A stretch of 48,875 nt of DNA, filler included, from Jimgerdemannia flammicorona (lineage: Eukaryota): the NCBI GenBank assembly GCA_003990765.1. It is 2 parts of 2 records of this genome, joined end to end, with 100 filler letters (N's around TTAATTAATTAA, not from the genome) between each part and the next. Parts side by side here need not be neighbours in the genome. Positions count along the whole stretch, not along the records: positions 1 to 24,390 come from RBNJ01000980.1; positions 24,491 to 48,875 come from RBNJ01000981.1. One strand, written 5' to 3'. Below are positions 11,237 through 24,510 of the stretch, in pieces. Positions within the stretch are counted from its first letter, which is position 1. Each line of letters opens with the position of its first letter. The notes under the pieces were generated by a model. That model worked only from the letters and a program-made list of their open reading frames with translations, ran no database searches and had not been told where the DNA came from. Made by a program: the position numbers and the translations under genes.

Positions 11237-13247
11237 TTATAATCCAATTCTGCTTCAAGACACTTCCTCACTCTACTACAAACCCTTCTGAGAATTCCTA
11301 CAAGTTGGTATAAAGCCCAACCTCTGAACTGGAATTTATCCCGAACTATCTGACAATCTGGAGAGAATTGAACCTGACATACAAGAACAATTTGACCTCT
11401 ACACCACAACAAGTGGGATAAACTTTATTCAAAGAAAGAAGTACTCCAGTTAAACTAGCAAATAGGTGAAACCCTATTTACTGAACTCCTTGCACTACAT
11501 CCAGCAAGTCAAGATGAAGAAGGTCTTATTGATGCCTTCTTTACTCTTCTCAATAAGAGTTTTATTAGCTCCACAAATCTGAGCGACCTAGGACAACCAG
11601 CAGCAGTCTTCCTAGCCTTAGTTCCTCACAAAGCCCAAGCCTCTGTAGTCAAGTGGCTCAACTCTACTGACTTTCACCATACCAGGACCAAGACTGCATT
11701 ATATTATTGATTCCAGAACAGCAAGGCCTACTATATTCTTAAAGAAGAAGTAAGAGAAACCCTTCATCAACTACCTGACCCTGAACCTGAAGCAGGCCCT
11801 GTTACAGCCCTACCTGAATCTGAAACCAATACCAAACCTGAACTTGACTTTGAATTAAGTCCATCTGAAATCAGATATACAACTGATTCTATCTACTTTG
11901 ATGCCAAGCAAACCCAATTACACAGGGATCAAACCGAAGAGAAAGAGGAGTATCTCAGTGAATTCGATCCCGGATATACCATAGAAGGAGAAGTACCTCC
12001 ATCAGGACAGAATATACCTACACAACAACAAACAGTTATCTATTAAGCCCTCACTCCAGACCCACAACTACTACTCCAGCAACTTATACAGACCCAAAGA
12101 ACTCCATCACACTCTGCACCAGTACCTCAAGTAGTACTAGTAACACCACTACCAGCAGTTCAACTGCCTCCAGTAAACAACATGGCGAACCAACAGATTC
12201 TAGACCTCACAGCTCAGGTAGCCATAATGGCAGCAACCATTACTGCCTTAGCTAAACAGACCCAACCCACCAAAAAATCTGAGCCTACCTACCTTCAATG
12301 ATACTGCACAAGAAGTCCAAAGCTTTATTAGTGTAGTTGACACAAACTTCGAAGCTAATCAATGGACCAATGAGTGAGTTACTGACTGCGTTCTGACAAA
12401 CAATCAAGACCATACTCTGGAACAACTCTTTGCTACCACTACAGCCTATATCCACTGAGTTGTTACATTCTTCCAAGGACCTGCTGAAGAATAGTGGCAA
12501 ACTCTTCCTGAAAAACCCCTCACATGGGATACCCAACCTGCAGTAGTTGCTCAGAATGTAGCAAACAATGCCCCAGGATATAGAGCCCATCCTGCAGCCC
12601 CTGGACTCAAACAACTCATGATTGCCCAATACTGCAGTGAAACCATGATCCCTGAATCCCGAGTAAAACTCCACAACCTCAAATTCAATATACATGGCAA
12701 AGAAGAATTCGAAACCTTCTGTACAAAACTCGAGTCATTCCTGAACACTGTTGGCCTAGGATATATCACCAATGATGAAGCATGAAATGGTATAAGAGCA
12801 GACCATTTATTTGATGCCCTGCCTGAACGGCTTACTAGAAAGATCCAAGAACAAGGCCGCCCAGTTGGTTGTGATCACCAACAATGGTGCCTGGCAAAAA
12901 TCAAGACTATGGTCAAGCAAATCCTAACAGCTGGACCAATTCTGCTCTGAAGACAATTCAACAATAAGGAAAGAACTTGGACCAAGAAAGAAGAACCTAA
13001 GCATGAAGCATCCCGAGCTCCCTCCACATCCACCTCTTGGACACCCAGAAATCACAAACCCACTCAGCCAAGTATCTTCAAGAAACTTATTGAAGGCGAA
13101 AGGAATGAACTTCGAAGAAGCAGAGCATGCTTCTATTGCTGAAAGACAGGACATATAGCCAGTACCTGCCCTAACCAAAAACCCTGAATAGCAACAAGAG
13201 CAACTATTACCACTCTGCACCACCTCAACAATCTGACCACCAGAACA

Positions 13248-13655
13248 CTAGACTTTGTGAAGTTAAGATAAACTGCTAAGGCCCCAACCAAAGGAAGCCA
13301 AAAAGCAGCTGGATATGACCTGTATACAGCCGAAAAAGCTACAGTTTTCAACTGAGAAGTCAAACAAGTCTATACAGGAATCAGCATCCAAATCCCTGAA
13401 GGACATGTTGGAAGAATATGCTGTTGCAGCAGCCTAGCATTGAAAGGACTCTCAGTAGAAGGAGGAGTTATCGATGAAGATTACACAGGCGAAATCATTA
13501 TCCTCATCTGAAACCATAGTTGGACACCCTTCAAGATCTCTATTGATTTCTGCATTGCCCAGATCCTATTCAAAAAAATCAAGTCAACCCAGACAGTCAA
13601 GGAAGTCTCTGAACTACTGCCCACCATCCAAGAATCCAAAGGATTTGGCTCATCA
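13248..13655 (+). pseudogene. dUTPase domain of B1 (B2 copy at 21509-21920)
   Basis: KAPTKGSQKAAGYDLY, TGISIQIPEGHVGRI, SSLALKGLSVEGGVIDEDYTGEI, IAQILF, KGFGSS. Confidence 0.92.
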
Positions 13656-16600
13656 AACAAGACTCCAACTCAACCTACTACAAGCAAAGAAGAACAATTC
13701 TACAAGAAGATCGAAGATAGATATGTATCAAGTGGCTGATGCCCTCATGGCATTGGAATGTACTCTTCCCAAATGATTGATGATTGCTTCTCTTGTATCA
13801 ATGAACTGGCTCAAAGAAGAACCAACAGAAGGAAAGCTCCTACAACTGAAATCACCACCATTGGATCAGACAAACTGCTCACACTTAAGGCTTTTGTCAA
13901 CCGAGCACCTGTCAAGATTATGATAGACAGTGGTGCCTCAGGCAACTTCATCAATGAAGAAACAGCCAATAGACTTAAGGTCTTCACCTCTCCGGTACAA
14001 CAAACCCAAGCAGTAGCTACAGCTGATGGAACCTCACATGTTATTAGCAAGGAAGTCCACAACCTACCCTTCCGAATTGGTGATTACTGAATATATGTTA
14101 CTCTCCAAATTGTACTACTTCCTGACAATAAAATCATCCTTGGGACTCCATGGTTAAAACAAGAGAACCCTATGATCGATTGGGTAAACCATTCTCTGAC
14201 CATCAAGAAAGGATGCCACAACTTCAAACTGCAAGGCGAGAAGGACCCACTCAATTCTAGTAATCCTGGACTAAAGATCACCCACATCAACAAGCTACAA
14301 CTTAAGAAATTGGCCAAGAAATGCCCTCTCTTTGCCATCTCCATCCATCCATCCAAAGGAGAACCCAAGAACTCTGAAGAAGATTTTTCCAAAGTTGATA
14401 GCCATGTCAGACCACTACTCCAGAAATTCCAAGACATATTCCTAAAGAAACTCCCAAAAGGCCTACCTCCTAAACAACCAGTAGACCATACCATCAAGAC
14501 TATCCCAGATGCCAAACCAGCCTTTAAGTCAATCTACCACATGTCTCTAAGAGAAATTGATGCACTCAAGAAAGAAATTGATAAACTCCTAGAATAAGAA
14601 TTCATCAGACCCAGCATATCACCTTATGGTGCACCAGTCCTATTTGTTGTTAAGAAAGGAGGAGACCTGTGAATGTGTATTGACTACCATGACCTCAATG
14701 AACAGACCATCAAGAACTGTTGCCCACTACCAAGAATCGATGAAATATTCAATAGACTCACTAACCCGCAATTCATGAGCTCCTTTGACCTGCAAAATGG
14801 TTACTGGCAAATTGCCATGAAAGAAGAAGACATCTACAAGACAGCTTTCTGAACTCACTATGGATACTTTGAGTTTCTGGTTATGCCCTTTGGCTTAACT
14901 AATGCTTCTGCAACCTTCCAGATCCTGATGAATACTATCCTGTACCCATACCTAGACAAATTCATTATTATCTACATTGATGATATCCTAGTCTTCAGCA
15001 AAACTCTGGAGGAACATCTTGAACACCTTGAACTAGTTCTACTGAAACTCCGAGAAAACCGACTCTTTGCAAAACTCAGCAAGTGTGAATTTCTTCTGAA
15101 AGAAATTCAATTCCTTAGACACATTGTCACTCCAAATGGAATCAAAGTGGACCCTAGCAAAATCTCTACAATCAAGGATTGGCCCAGACCCAAGAAGCTG
15201 AAAGACCTCCAGTCATTCCTGGGGTTAGCAAACTATTACAGGCAATTTGTTGCCAACTTTGCTAAAATCACTACTGCTCTCACCCAAATGACCAAGCACA
15301 GTAAGAAACAAGAACAACCCTGGACCATGAAACAAGAGAAAGACTTCAACAATCTTGTAAATTGGGGACCCGAGCAAGATACCACCTTTCAAGTACTGAA
15401 GGATGTCTTGATAACCACTCTAGTACTTCAAGTGGCAAACTCTGCACTGCCATATGAAGTTACCACTGATGCTTCTGACCTAGTCCTTGGAGCAGTACTT
15501 ATGCAGGAAGGACACCCTGTGGCCTATCACTCCTGTAAGTTCAATGATGCTGAAATTAACTATGCAACCCATGAGAAGGAAATGCTAGCCATTATAGATA
15601 CTCTGATCAAATAGTGACCCTATCTAGAAGGAGCACACTTCACCATATTAACTGACCACAAATCATTGGTCAATATCAAGACACAGGCTACCCTTTCTCA
15701 AAAGCAAGCCAGATGGATGAAAGTCCTTACCAACTTTGACTATGAAATCCAGTACTACCCTAGCAAGGAAAATATTGTTGCTAATGCAATCTCTAGAACA
15801 TCAATTGAAGAGGTTATCCAAACTCTCACCTTGGTTACAAACTCCATCATGGAACAAATTATCACAACATGTACCAATGATAAGGAAGCTCAAGCACTGT
15901 GAGAAATCCTGAACAGTAATGATGCCAACAAATATACACAGTATCACCAATACCAACTGAAAGACAATGCTATCTACTACAAAGATAGACTGTATGTCCC
16001 AAACACCTGAGACCTCTGAAGGACTATCCTATTCAAATGTTATGATGCCCCTACAGCTGGACATTTAGGATTTGATAAATGTTATGAAGTTATCTCTTGA
16101 AACTTCTATTGGCCCTGCATAGCAGATCAGCTCAAAACCTACATCACTTCCTGTAATGCCTGCCAATGAAGTAAGTCCTCAACACTAGCAAAACCCGGCT
16201 TACTTCACCCTATCCCAGTACCATCTGCAAATTGGGAACAAATCTCTATAGACTTCATTGTACAACTATCCTGAACCAAGAATGGGAAAGATGTAATTGT
16301 TGTCTTTGTAGACTATCTCAGCAAACAAGCCCACTTTATGCCTACTACTACTACTGCAACAGCACCAGACATAGCCACACTCTTATTTGACAACATCTTC
16401 CACTATCATGGTCTTCCTAAGATCATTGTTAGCGACCGAGATCTGAAATTCACCAGCCATTTTTGGAAAGCCCTCTATGCACACCTTGGAACAAAACTTG
16501 CACTATCCACAGCCTTTTACCCAGAAACTGATGGCCAAACTAAAAGAATGAACTGAACTCTAGAATAAATGCTAAGGAACTATGTTTCCTACAGACAAGA

Positions 16601-17147
16601 TAACTGACATGAACACCTCACTGCAGTCAAGTTTGCCTATAACAATAGCAAGCAAGCCTCTCTTGGAATGACCCCATTCTTTGCCAACACTGGACAAAAT
16701 CCAAACACCCCTTTGACACTTATCTGAACCACTGAAGAACCCTCTACAGTAGAAGCTATTGAAGAATTCTTACTTCAAATGCGCAATCTAAGCCAGATTG
16801 CCATCAAGAATTTATCATGAGCTCAAGAACAACAGTCATAGTATATTAACCAATACTGCCAAGAAGAAATCTTTGATATTGGAGAAAAAGTTCTACTGGA
16901 CATCAGAGGATACCGAGTTGACAACCTCAAGCACAGACCATCTACAAAGCTGAACAGCAAGTTCATTGGACCATTTGAAGTCATTGCACAAGTCTCTCCA
17001 ACCTCCTACAAATTGGCACTACTGGACACCATTAAGATTCATCTAGTCTTTAATGTTCAACATCTCAAGTGATACAATGAGAATGATGATGAGCTATTTT
17101 CAAACTGGACCACCAAACCACCTGTACCTGTCATTATTAATGATTAA

Positions 17148-17300
17148 GAAGAGTACGAAGTTGAACAAATCCTCAACAAACATGGCAACAAGAGCCACCC
17201 TGAGTATCTTGTCAAATGGAAAGGTTACCCAATCCATGATGCAATCTGGAAACCCAAGACCAATCTCCAGAATACTACTGACCTAGTTCAGGAATATGAT
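17148..17300 (+). pseudogene. Chromodomain at the C-terminus of the B1 integrase
   Basis: EEYEVEQILNKH...EYLVKWKGYPIHDAIWKP...NLQN. Confidence 0.9.
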
Positions 17301-17513
17301 TCCTTGAATAACTAGAACCAAGTACCCTACACCTATCCATACATACTATATATTATTCTCCTGAACATTATAATTATTGCAAACCAAACCAAGAACCCAG
17401 TAAAACAAGACAAGAATACTGACCCTCTGGAAAAATGGCAAAACTGAAAGCAAGCCTATTCCCCCTGTACCACTGAACAAAATTAGAAGGCCCCAATGAG
17501 GACATCAAAAGCT

Positions 17514-17527
17514 AAGAAGGGGAGAGT
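17514..17527 (+). promoter_or_regulatory. Polypurine tract of B1
   Basis: AAGAAGGGGAGAGT immediately before the TGTAAG start of LTR2. Confidence 0.85.
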
Positions 17528-19493
17528 TGTAAGTGCACAACCTCCAAGCCACCGAAATTATACATTACCCTCTGAACAAGCCACTGAAATCACACACAAC
17601 CTCTGAACAAATCTGGAAATCACCTGCTTGATCACGAAGCTGAGTTAATATGAAGTCATAGAATACAAGATTTACACAAATGAAATCTTACCAATTAGGA
17701 CCAAATGTATATATACCGAGCACCGAGATGCATCAAATCAGAGAACCAAAACAAATAACAACTACAACTTCCAAACACACAAACATAACCACTGAGATCT
17801 ATATCCATATCCACACTAACATTTGGAATGCCATTGTCAACTGAGCCACACCCCCTCTACCCCTCATGAATATCTATAGCCTAGCACCCCTCTACTTCAT
17901 GGAAGCCCGATGGAATGCTCTGAACATGCTTAGTGAGGCCCACCGAATTGGACAAATCTCAAGCTACTACCAGATCGGCCACCTCCTGGAAGACATGATC
18001 AAATACCACTATGATACAGACATTACCCAGATGTCTCAACACCAGAAGCTCATCACCTGCAAACATTGAGAACTCTTCTATGAGTATAGCACCATTATTC
18101 CCCGCCTCCAAGTTACCACAGCTGAAATGGTTGCTACTCTGTCCTATGGTCAAATCAACGACATGATACAAGAACTCAACCACAAGTACCTCGAGTACGT
18201 TGAAACCACAGACAGAACCTTTCCACACTCCAATAATCATATTCTGCAAATGCCCCAAGTTGGATACATTATGAAGAACATCTACAATATAATCCACTTT
18301 GATAAAGATGAAGCAGAAGACAATGATCCCTCTGATGCCGACATGACCTCTAGTCAAGGATCTCTGCCAACCCTGATTACACCACCAACCTTGCCAATGA
18401 ACTTACCACAATTCATAACAGTATATGAGACTTATTGGGACAATGACCACTGGCACAAATACTAACCCATGTTCACTTCTGATTACTTCAACTACAATGA
18501 AGAAACCAGAGAACATGACCTGTACCTCCAGACAACTCTCAAGATTGAACCAACCACTCCACCACTCAAGTATGAGTGATATGAACCACAGCTACCAGCT
18601 TACTACAACCCTGCAACTCATAGTGCTGTAACTTACAGAAGGTATACAGACAGCGAATTCGATGAAAGTGAAGACGATACACCCCTCCTTCACCAACCAA
18701 CACCTTATCCAGCATATGAGACAGATGATGCTATTCTGTGAGATGGTGATGAAGTTCCAATGTATTATTATCTCAGCGAACAAAGAGAAGTAATCTGCGA
18801 ACCACTCTTCTTAGACAACTACTTCATCAGAGATGATACAATTGATGATGATATCATTGAAGACTACCTAGATAGTGCCTGAACCATAAATAGCCTAGCA
18901 GTTATAGTATAGTTAGATTAGCCTTATACTACATGACTGCATTCCAACTCAGCAGGCACTTAGTGCTACATCCATATTCAGCATAATCCAGATAGCCCCT
19001 CACTAGTATAAATACCCCCTCCCTCAGACCTCAGAATCTCAGACTCGAATACACAAGAACATTCCTGAATACTTCCCCACAACATCCCTTCACATAACTA
19101 CTCCTAGTATAGCAATATCATGAATAGCGAATAAATCTATTTAATAACCCACAAACCACTCTTAAGTAAATCCATTCTCCATTAGGTCCCACTCCTAACC
19201 CCATCATGAAATTTCCTAATTGGGTATTGTCTGCAGCAATATGCCAATTCAACTAAGCTGGTCTTAGTTTCTTGAACTTCCTGAAATATGGAAAATCCTA
19301 AACATCCAGAACTAGTCCAAAAAAGGACTTTGGTTGAGACGTCAACCCGATCTTGAAATCAATAAGTATAGAGGACATACTCCATATGAAATTGATCTTG
19401 ACCATAAGAAAATGGTCTTCCAGAACATCCAGAATATCTAGAAAATCTTTCCAGAACTATGTAACAGTTACCCTAAAAAGCAACCCTCTTATA
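17528..19493 (+). repeat. LTR2 of element B (1966 bp), shared between the two internal regions
   Basis: Preceded by a PPT and followed by a PBS (TGGTAGCAGTAG at 19497). Confidence 0.95.
17785..18882 (+). pseudogene. LTR-encoded accessory ORF, copy 2 (365 codons)
   Basis: One frame containing ORFs 17866-18069 and 18127-18465. The start is ATA where copy 1 has ATG, and it ends DYLDSA*. Confidence 0.75.
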
Positions 19494-19495
19494 AC

Positions 19496-22400
19496 TTGGT
19501 AGCAGTAGTTTATAATCCAATTCCACTTCAAGATGCTTCCTCACCCTGCTACAAACCCTTCTGTGAATTCCTACAAGTTGGTATAAAGTCCAACCTCTGG
19601 ACTGGAATTTATCCTGAACCATCTGACAATCTGGAGAGAATTGAACCTGATGTACAAGGACAATTTGACCTCCACACCTACAACAAGTGGGATAAACTTC
19701 ATTCAAAGAAAGAAGTACTCCGGTTAAACCAGCAAATAGGTGAAACCCTATTCACCGAACTCCTTGCACTACACCCAGCAAGTCAAGATGAAGAAGGTCT
19801 TATTGAAGCCTTCTTTACTCTTCTCAACAAGAGTTTTGTCAGCTCTATAAATCTGAGTGATCTAGGATAACCAGCAGCAGTCTTTCTAGCCTTAGTTTCT
19901 CATGACGCCCAAGCCTCTGTAGCCAAGTGGCTCAACTCTACTGACTTTTACTGTACCAGGACCAAGACCACATTATACTACTGATTCCAGAACAGTAAGG
20001 CCCACCATATTCTTAAAGAAGAAGCGAGAGAAACTCTTCATCAACTACCTGATCCTGAACCTGAAGCAGGCCCTGCTATAGCCCTACCTGAATCCAAAAC
20101 CAATACCAAACCTGAACTTGACCTTGAATTAAGTCTCTCCAAAATCAGATATACAACTGATTCTGTCTACTTTAATGCCGAGCAAACCCAATTACACAGG
20201 GACCAAACCAAAGAGGAGGAGGAGTATCTTACTGAATTCGATCCTGGATATACTACAGAAGGAGATGTACTCCCATCAGGACAGAATATACCTACACAAT
20301 AACAAACAGCTATCTATCAAGCCCTTACTCCAACTACTCCAGCAACTTACACAGACTCAAAGAACCCCATCACACTCTGCACCAGTACCTCAAGTAGTAC
20401 CAGTAACACCACTACCAGCAGTCCAACCACCTCCAGCAAACAACATGGCAAACCAACAGATTCTTAATCTCACAGCCCAAGTAGCTATAATAGCAGCAAC
20501 CATTACTGCCTTAGCTGAACAGACCCAACCTACCAAAAATCTGAGCCTACCTACCTTCAATAGTACTGCACAAGAAGTCCAAAGCTTCATTAGTGTAGTT
20601 GACACCAACTTTGAAGCCAATCAATGGACCAATGAGCGAGTTGCTGACTACATTCTGACAAACAATCAAGACTATACACTGGAACAACTCTTTACTACCA
20701 CTACAGCCTATGTCTGCCAAGTTGTTACATTCTTCTGAGGACTTGCTGAAGAATGGTGGTGAACCCTTCCTGAAAAACCCCTCACATAGGATACTCAACC
20801 TACAGTAGTTGCTCAGAATACAGCAAACAATGCCCCAGGATATGGAGCCCATTCTGCAGCCCCTGGACTCAAACAACTCATGATTGCTCAATACCGCAGC
20901 GAAACCATAATTGCCAAATCTCGAGTAAAACTTCACAACCTCAAATTTGATGTACATGGCAAAGAAGAATTTGAAACCTTCTGTACAAAACTCGAGTCAC
21001 TCCTGAACACTGTTGGCCTAGGATACATTGCCAATGATGAAGCATGAAATGGTATAAGAGCAGACTACTTATTCGATGCCCTGCCTGAATGGTTTACTAG
21101 AAAAATCCAAGAACAAGACTGCCTAGTTGGTTGTGACCACCAACAATGGTGTCTGGCAAGAATCAAGACTATGGTTAAGCAAATCCTAACAGCTGGACCA
21201 ATCCTGCTCCGAAGATAATTCAACAACAAGGAAAGAACTTAGACTAAGAAAGAAGAACCCAAGCATGAAGCATCCCAAGCTCCCTCAACATCCACCTCTT
21301 GGACACCTAGAAATCATGAACCCATCTAGCCAAGTACCTTCAAGAAACTTACTGAAGGCAAAAGGAACAAACTTTGAAGAAGTGGAGCATGCTTCTATTG
21401 CTGAAAGACAGGTCACATGGCCAGTGCCTGCCCTAACCAAAAACCCTGAACAGCAACAAGAGCAACTGTTACCACTCTATACCACCTCAACAACCTGACC
21501 ACCAGAACACTAGACTTTGTCAAGTTAAGACAAACTGCTAAGGCCCCAATCCAAAGAAGTCAGAAAGCAGCTGGATATGACCTGTATGCAGCTGAAGAAG
21601 CTACAGTTTCCAACTGAGAAGTCAAACAAGTCTACACAGGAATCAGCATCCAAATCCCTGAAGGACATGTTCAAAGAATATGCTGTCACAGCAGCCTAGC
21701 ATTGAAAGAACTCTCAGTAGAAGGAGGAGTCATTGACGAGGATTACATAGGTGAAATTATTGTCCTTATCTGAAACCACAGTTGGACACCCTTTAAGATC
21801 TCTATTGGTTTCTGCATCGCCCAGATCTTATTTGAAAAAATTAAGTCAATCCTGACAGTCAAGGAAGTCTCAGAACTACTGCCCACTATCTAAGGATCCA
21901 AAGGATTTGGCTCATCAAACAAGGCCCCAGCCCAACCTACCATGAGTAAAGAAGAACAATTCTATAAGAAGATTGAAGATGGATATGTACCAAGTGGCCA
22001 ATGCCCTCATGGCATTGGAATGTACTCTTCCCGAATGATTGATGATTGCTTCTCTTGTGTCAATGAATTGGCTCAAAGAAGAACCAACAGAAAGAAAGCT
22101 CCTATAACTGAAATCACTACCATTGGATCAGACAAACTGCTCACACTTAAGGCTTTTGTCAACCGAGCACCTGTCAAGATTATGATAGACAGTGGTGCCT
22201 CAGGTAACTTCATCAATGAAGAGACAGCCAACAGACTCAAGGTCTTTACCTCTCCAGTACAGCAAACTCAAGCAGTTGCTATGGCTGATGGAACCTCACA
22301 TGTTATTAGCAAAGAAGTCTACAATCTACTACTCCAAATTGGCAACTACTGAGTACATGTTACCCTCCAAATCATACCACTTCCTGACAATGAAATCATC

Positions 22401-24390
22401 CTTGGGACTCTATGGTTAAAACAAGAGAACCCCATGATCGATTGGGTAAACTATTCTCTGACCATCAAGAAAGGACACCACAACTTCAAACTGTAAGGCA
22501 AAAAAGACCCACTTAATTCTGGTGACCCTGGACCAAAGATCACCCACATCAATAAGTTACAACTTAAGAAATTGGCCAAGAAATGCCCACTCTTCGCCAT
22601 CTCCATCTGCCCATCCAAAGGAGAACCTGAGAATTCTGAAGAAGATTTTTCCAAAGTTGACAGCTGTGTCAGACCACTACTCCAGAAATTTCGAGACATA
22701 TTCCTAAAGAAACTCCCGAAAGGCCTACCTCCTAAACGAGCAGTAGACCATACCATCAAGACCATCCCAGATGCCAAACCAGCCTTCAAGTCAATCTACC
22801 ACATGTCTCTAAGAGAAATTGATGCACTCAAGAAAGAAATTGACGAACTTCTAGAGTAAGGATTCATCAGACCCAGTGTATCACCCTATGGCACACCAGT
22901 CCTCTTTATTGTCAAAAAAGGGAGAGACCTGTGAATATGCATTGACTACTGCAATCTCAATGAACAGACCATCAAGAACTGTTGCCCACTACTGAGGATT
23001 GATGAAATATTCGATAGACTTACCAACCCACAATTTATGAGCTCCTTCGACCTGCGAAATGGTTACTAGCAAATTGCTATGAAAGAAGAAGACATCTACA
23101 AGACAGCTTTCCAAACTTACTATGGACAGTTTGAGTTCCTGGTTATGCCCTTTGGCTTAACTAATGCCCCAGCAACCTTTCAGACACTGATGAATACCAT
23201 TCTGCATCCATACCTAGACAAATTTGTTGTTGTCTACATTGACGACATCCTAGTCTTCAGCAAAACCCTGGAGGAACATCTTGAACACCTTGAACTAGTA
23301 CTACTGAAACTCTGAGAAAACCAACTCTTTGCAAAACTTAGCAAGTGTGAATTTCTCCTGAAAGAAATTCAATTTCTTGGACACATTGTTACTCCAAATG
23401 AAATTAAAGTAGACCCCAGCAAAATCTCTGCAATCAAGGATTGGCCCAGACCCAAGAAGCTAAAAGACCTCTAGTCATTCCTGGGATTAGCAAACTATTA
23501 CAGGCAATTTGTTGCCAACTTTGCTAAAATCGCTACCGCCCTCACCCAAATGACCAAGCACAGCAAAAAACAAGAACAACCCTGGACCATGAAACAAGAG
23601 AAAGACTTCAACAATCTTGTAACTTGGGGACCCAAACAAGATACCACCTTTCAAGCACTGAAAGATGCCCTGATAACTACTCCAGTATTTCAAGCGGCAA
23701 ACCCTGCACTATCATATAAAGTTACCACTGATGCCTCTGACCTAGCCCTTAGAGCAGTATTCATGCAAGAAGGACACCCAGTGGCCTATCACTCCTGCAA
23801 GTTCAATGATGCCGAAATCAACTACACAACTCATGAGAAGGAAATGCTAGCCATTGTAGACACTCTGATCAAGTGGCGACTATACCTAGAAGGAGCACAC
23901 TTCACTATATTGACTGACCACAAGTCATTAGTCAACATCAAGACCCAGGCTACCCTTTCTCGAAAGCAAGCTAGATGGATGAAAGTCCTCACCAACTTTG
24001 ACTACGAAATCCAGTACCACCCTGGCAAGAAAAATATTGTTGCCGATGCAATCTCCAGACCACTAATCGAAGAGGTTATCCAAACTCTCACCTTGGTTAC
24101 AAACTCCATCCTGGAACAAATTATCACAGCATGTGTCAATGATAAGGAAGCTCAAGCACTACGAGAAATCCTAAATAGTGACAATGCTGACAAGTATACA
24201 CAGTATCATCAATACCAACTGAAGGACAATGCTATCTACTACAAAGACAGACTGTATGTCCCAAACAACCAAGACCTCCGAAGGACTATCCTATTCAAAT
24301 GTCATGATGCCCCTACAGCTGGACATTTAGGATTTGATAAATGTTATGAAGTTATCTCCCAAAACTTCTATTGGCCCTGTATGGCAGATC
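19496..24390 (+). pseudogene. B2 polyprotein from leader to integrase zinc finger, truncated by the spacer
   Basis: ORFs 21942-22352 (DSGASG), 23079-23315 (YIDD) and 23550-24390 (RNase H, CHD...GHLG). Colinear with B1. Confidence 0.95.
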
Positions 24391-24490
24391 NNNNNNNNNN
24401 NNNNNNNNNNNNNNNNNNNNNNNNNNNNNNNNNNTTAATTAATTAANNNNNNNNNNNNNNNNNNNNNNNNNNNNNNNNNNNNNNNNNNNN
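24391..24490. other. Artificial assembly spacer N44-TTAATTAATTAA-N44
   Basis: Symmetric Ns around a palindrome that has stops in all six frames; exactly 100 bp. Confidence 0.97.
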
Positions 24491-24510
24491 AAAAAAAAAA
24501 AAAAAAAAAA

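Larger units (their letters stand above)
11223..17315 (+). pseudogene. B1 polyprotein: leader-gag-dUTPase-protease-RT-RNaseH-integrase-chromodomain, essentially one frame
   Basis: CFYC*KTGHIASTC knuckle (~13128), [58 protein letters not shown] and YEVEQIL...YLVKWKGY. All share one frame from ~12280 to the stop at 17313-17315. Confidence 0.95.
4608..24390 (+). mobile_element. Element B: chromoviral Ty3/Gypsy in tandem LTR1-internal1-LTR2-internal2 arrangement, truncated at the spacer
   Basis: Two homologous LTRs (4608-11220, interrupted by the hAT, and 17528-19493), each followed by a PBS. PPT precedes LTR2. Two colinear gag-pol copies. Confidence 0.95.

Noticed and set aside
4865..24390. Alternative genetic code or programmed readthrough, given frequent in-frame TGA/TAA/TAG
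   Set aside because: The stops align with CGA, CAA or TGG in the sister copy, which indicates deamination decay. The TGA after the gag knuckle (~13185 and ~21447) is in both copies and cannot be resolved here.
23550..24446. 298-aa ORF ending in LIN
   Set aside because: The C-terminus is read through Ns into the artificial linker.
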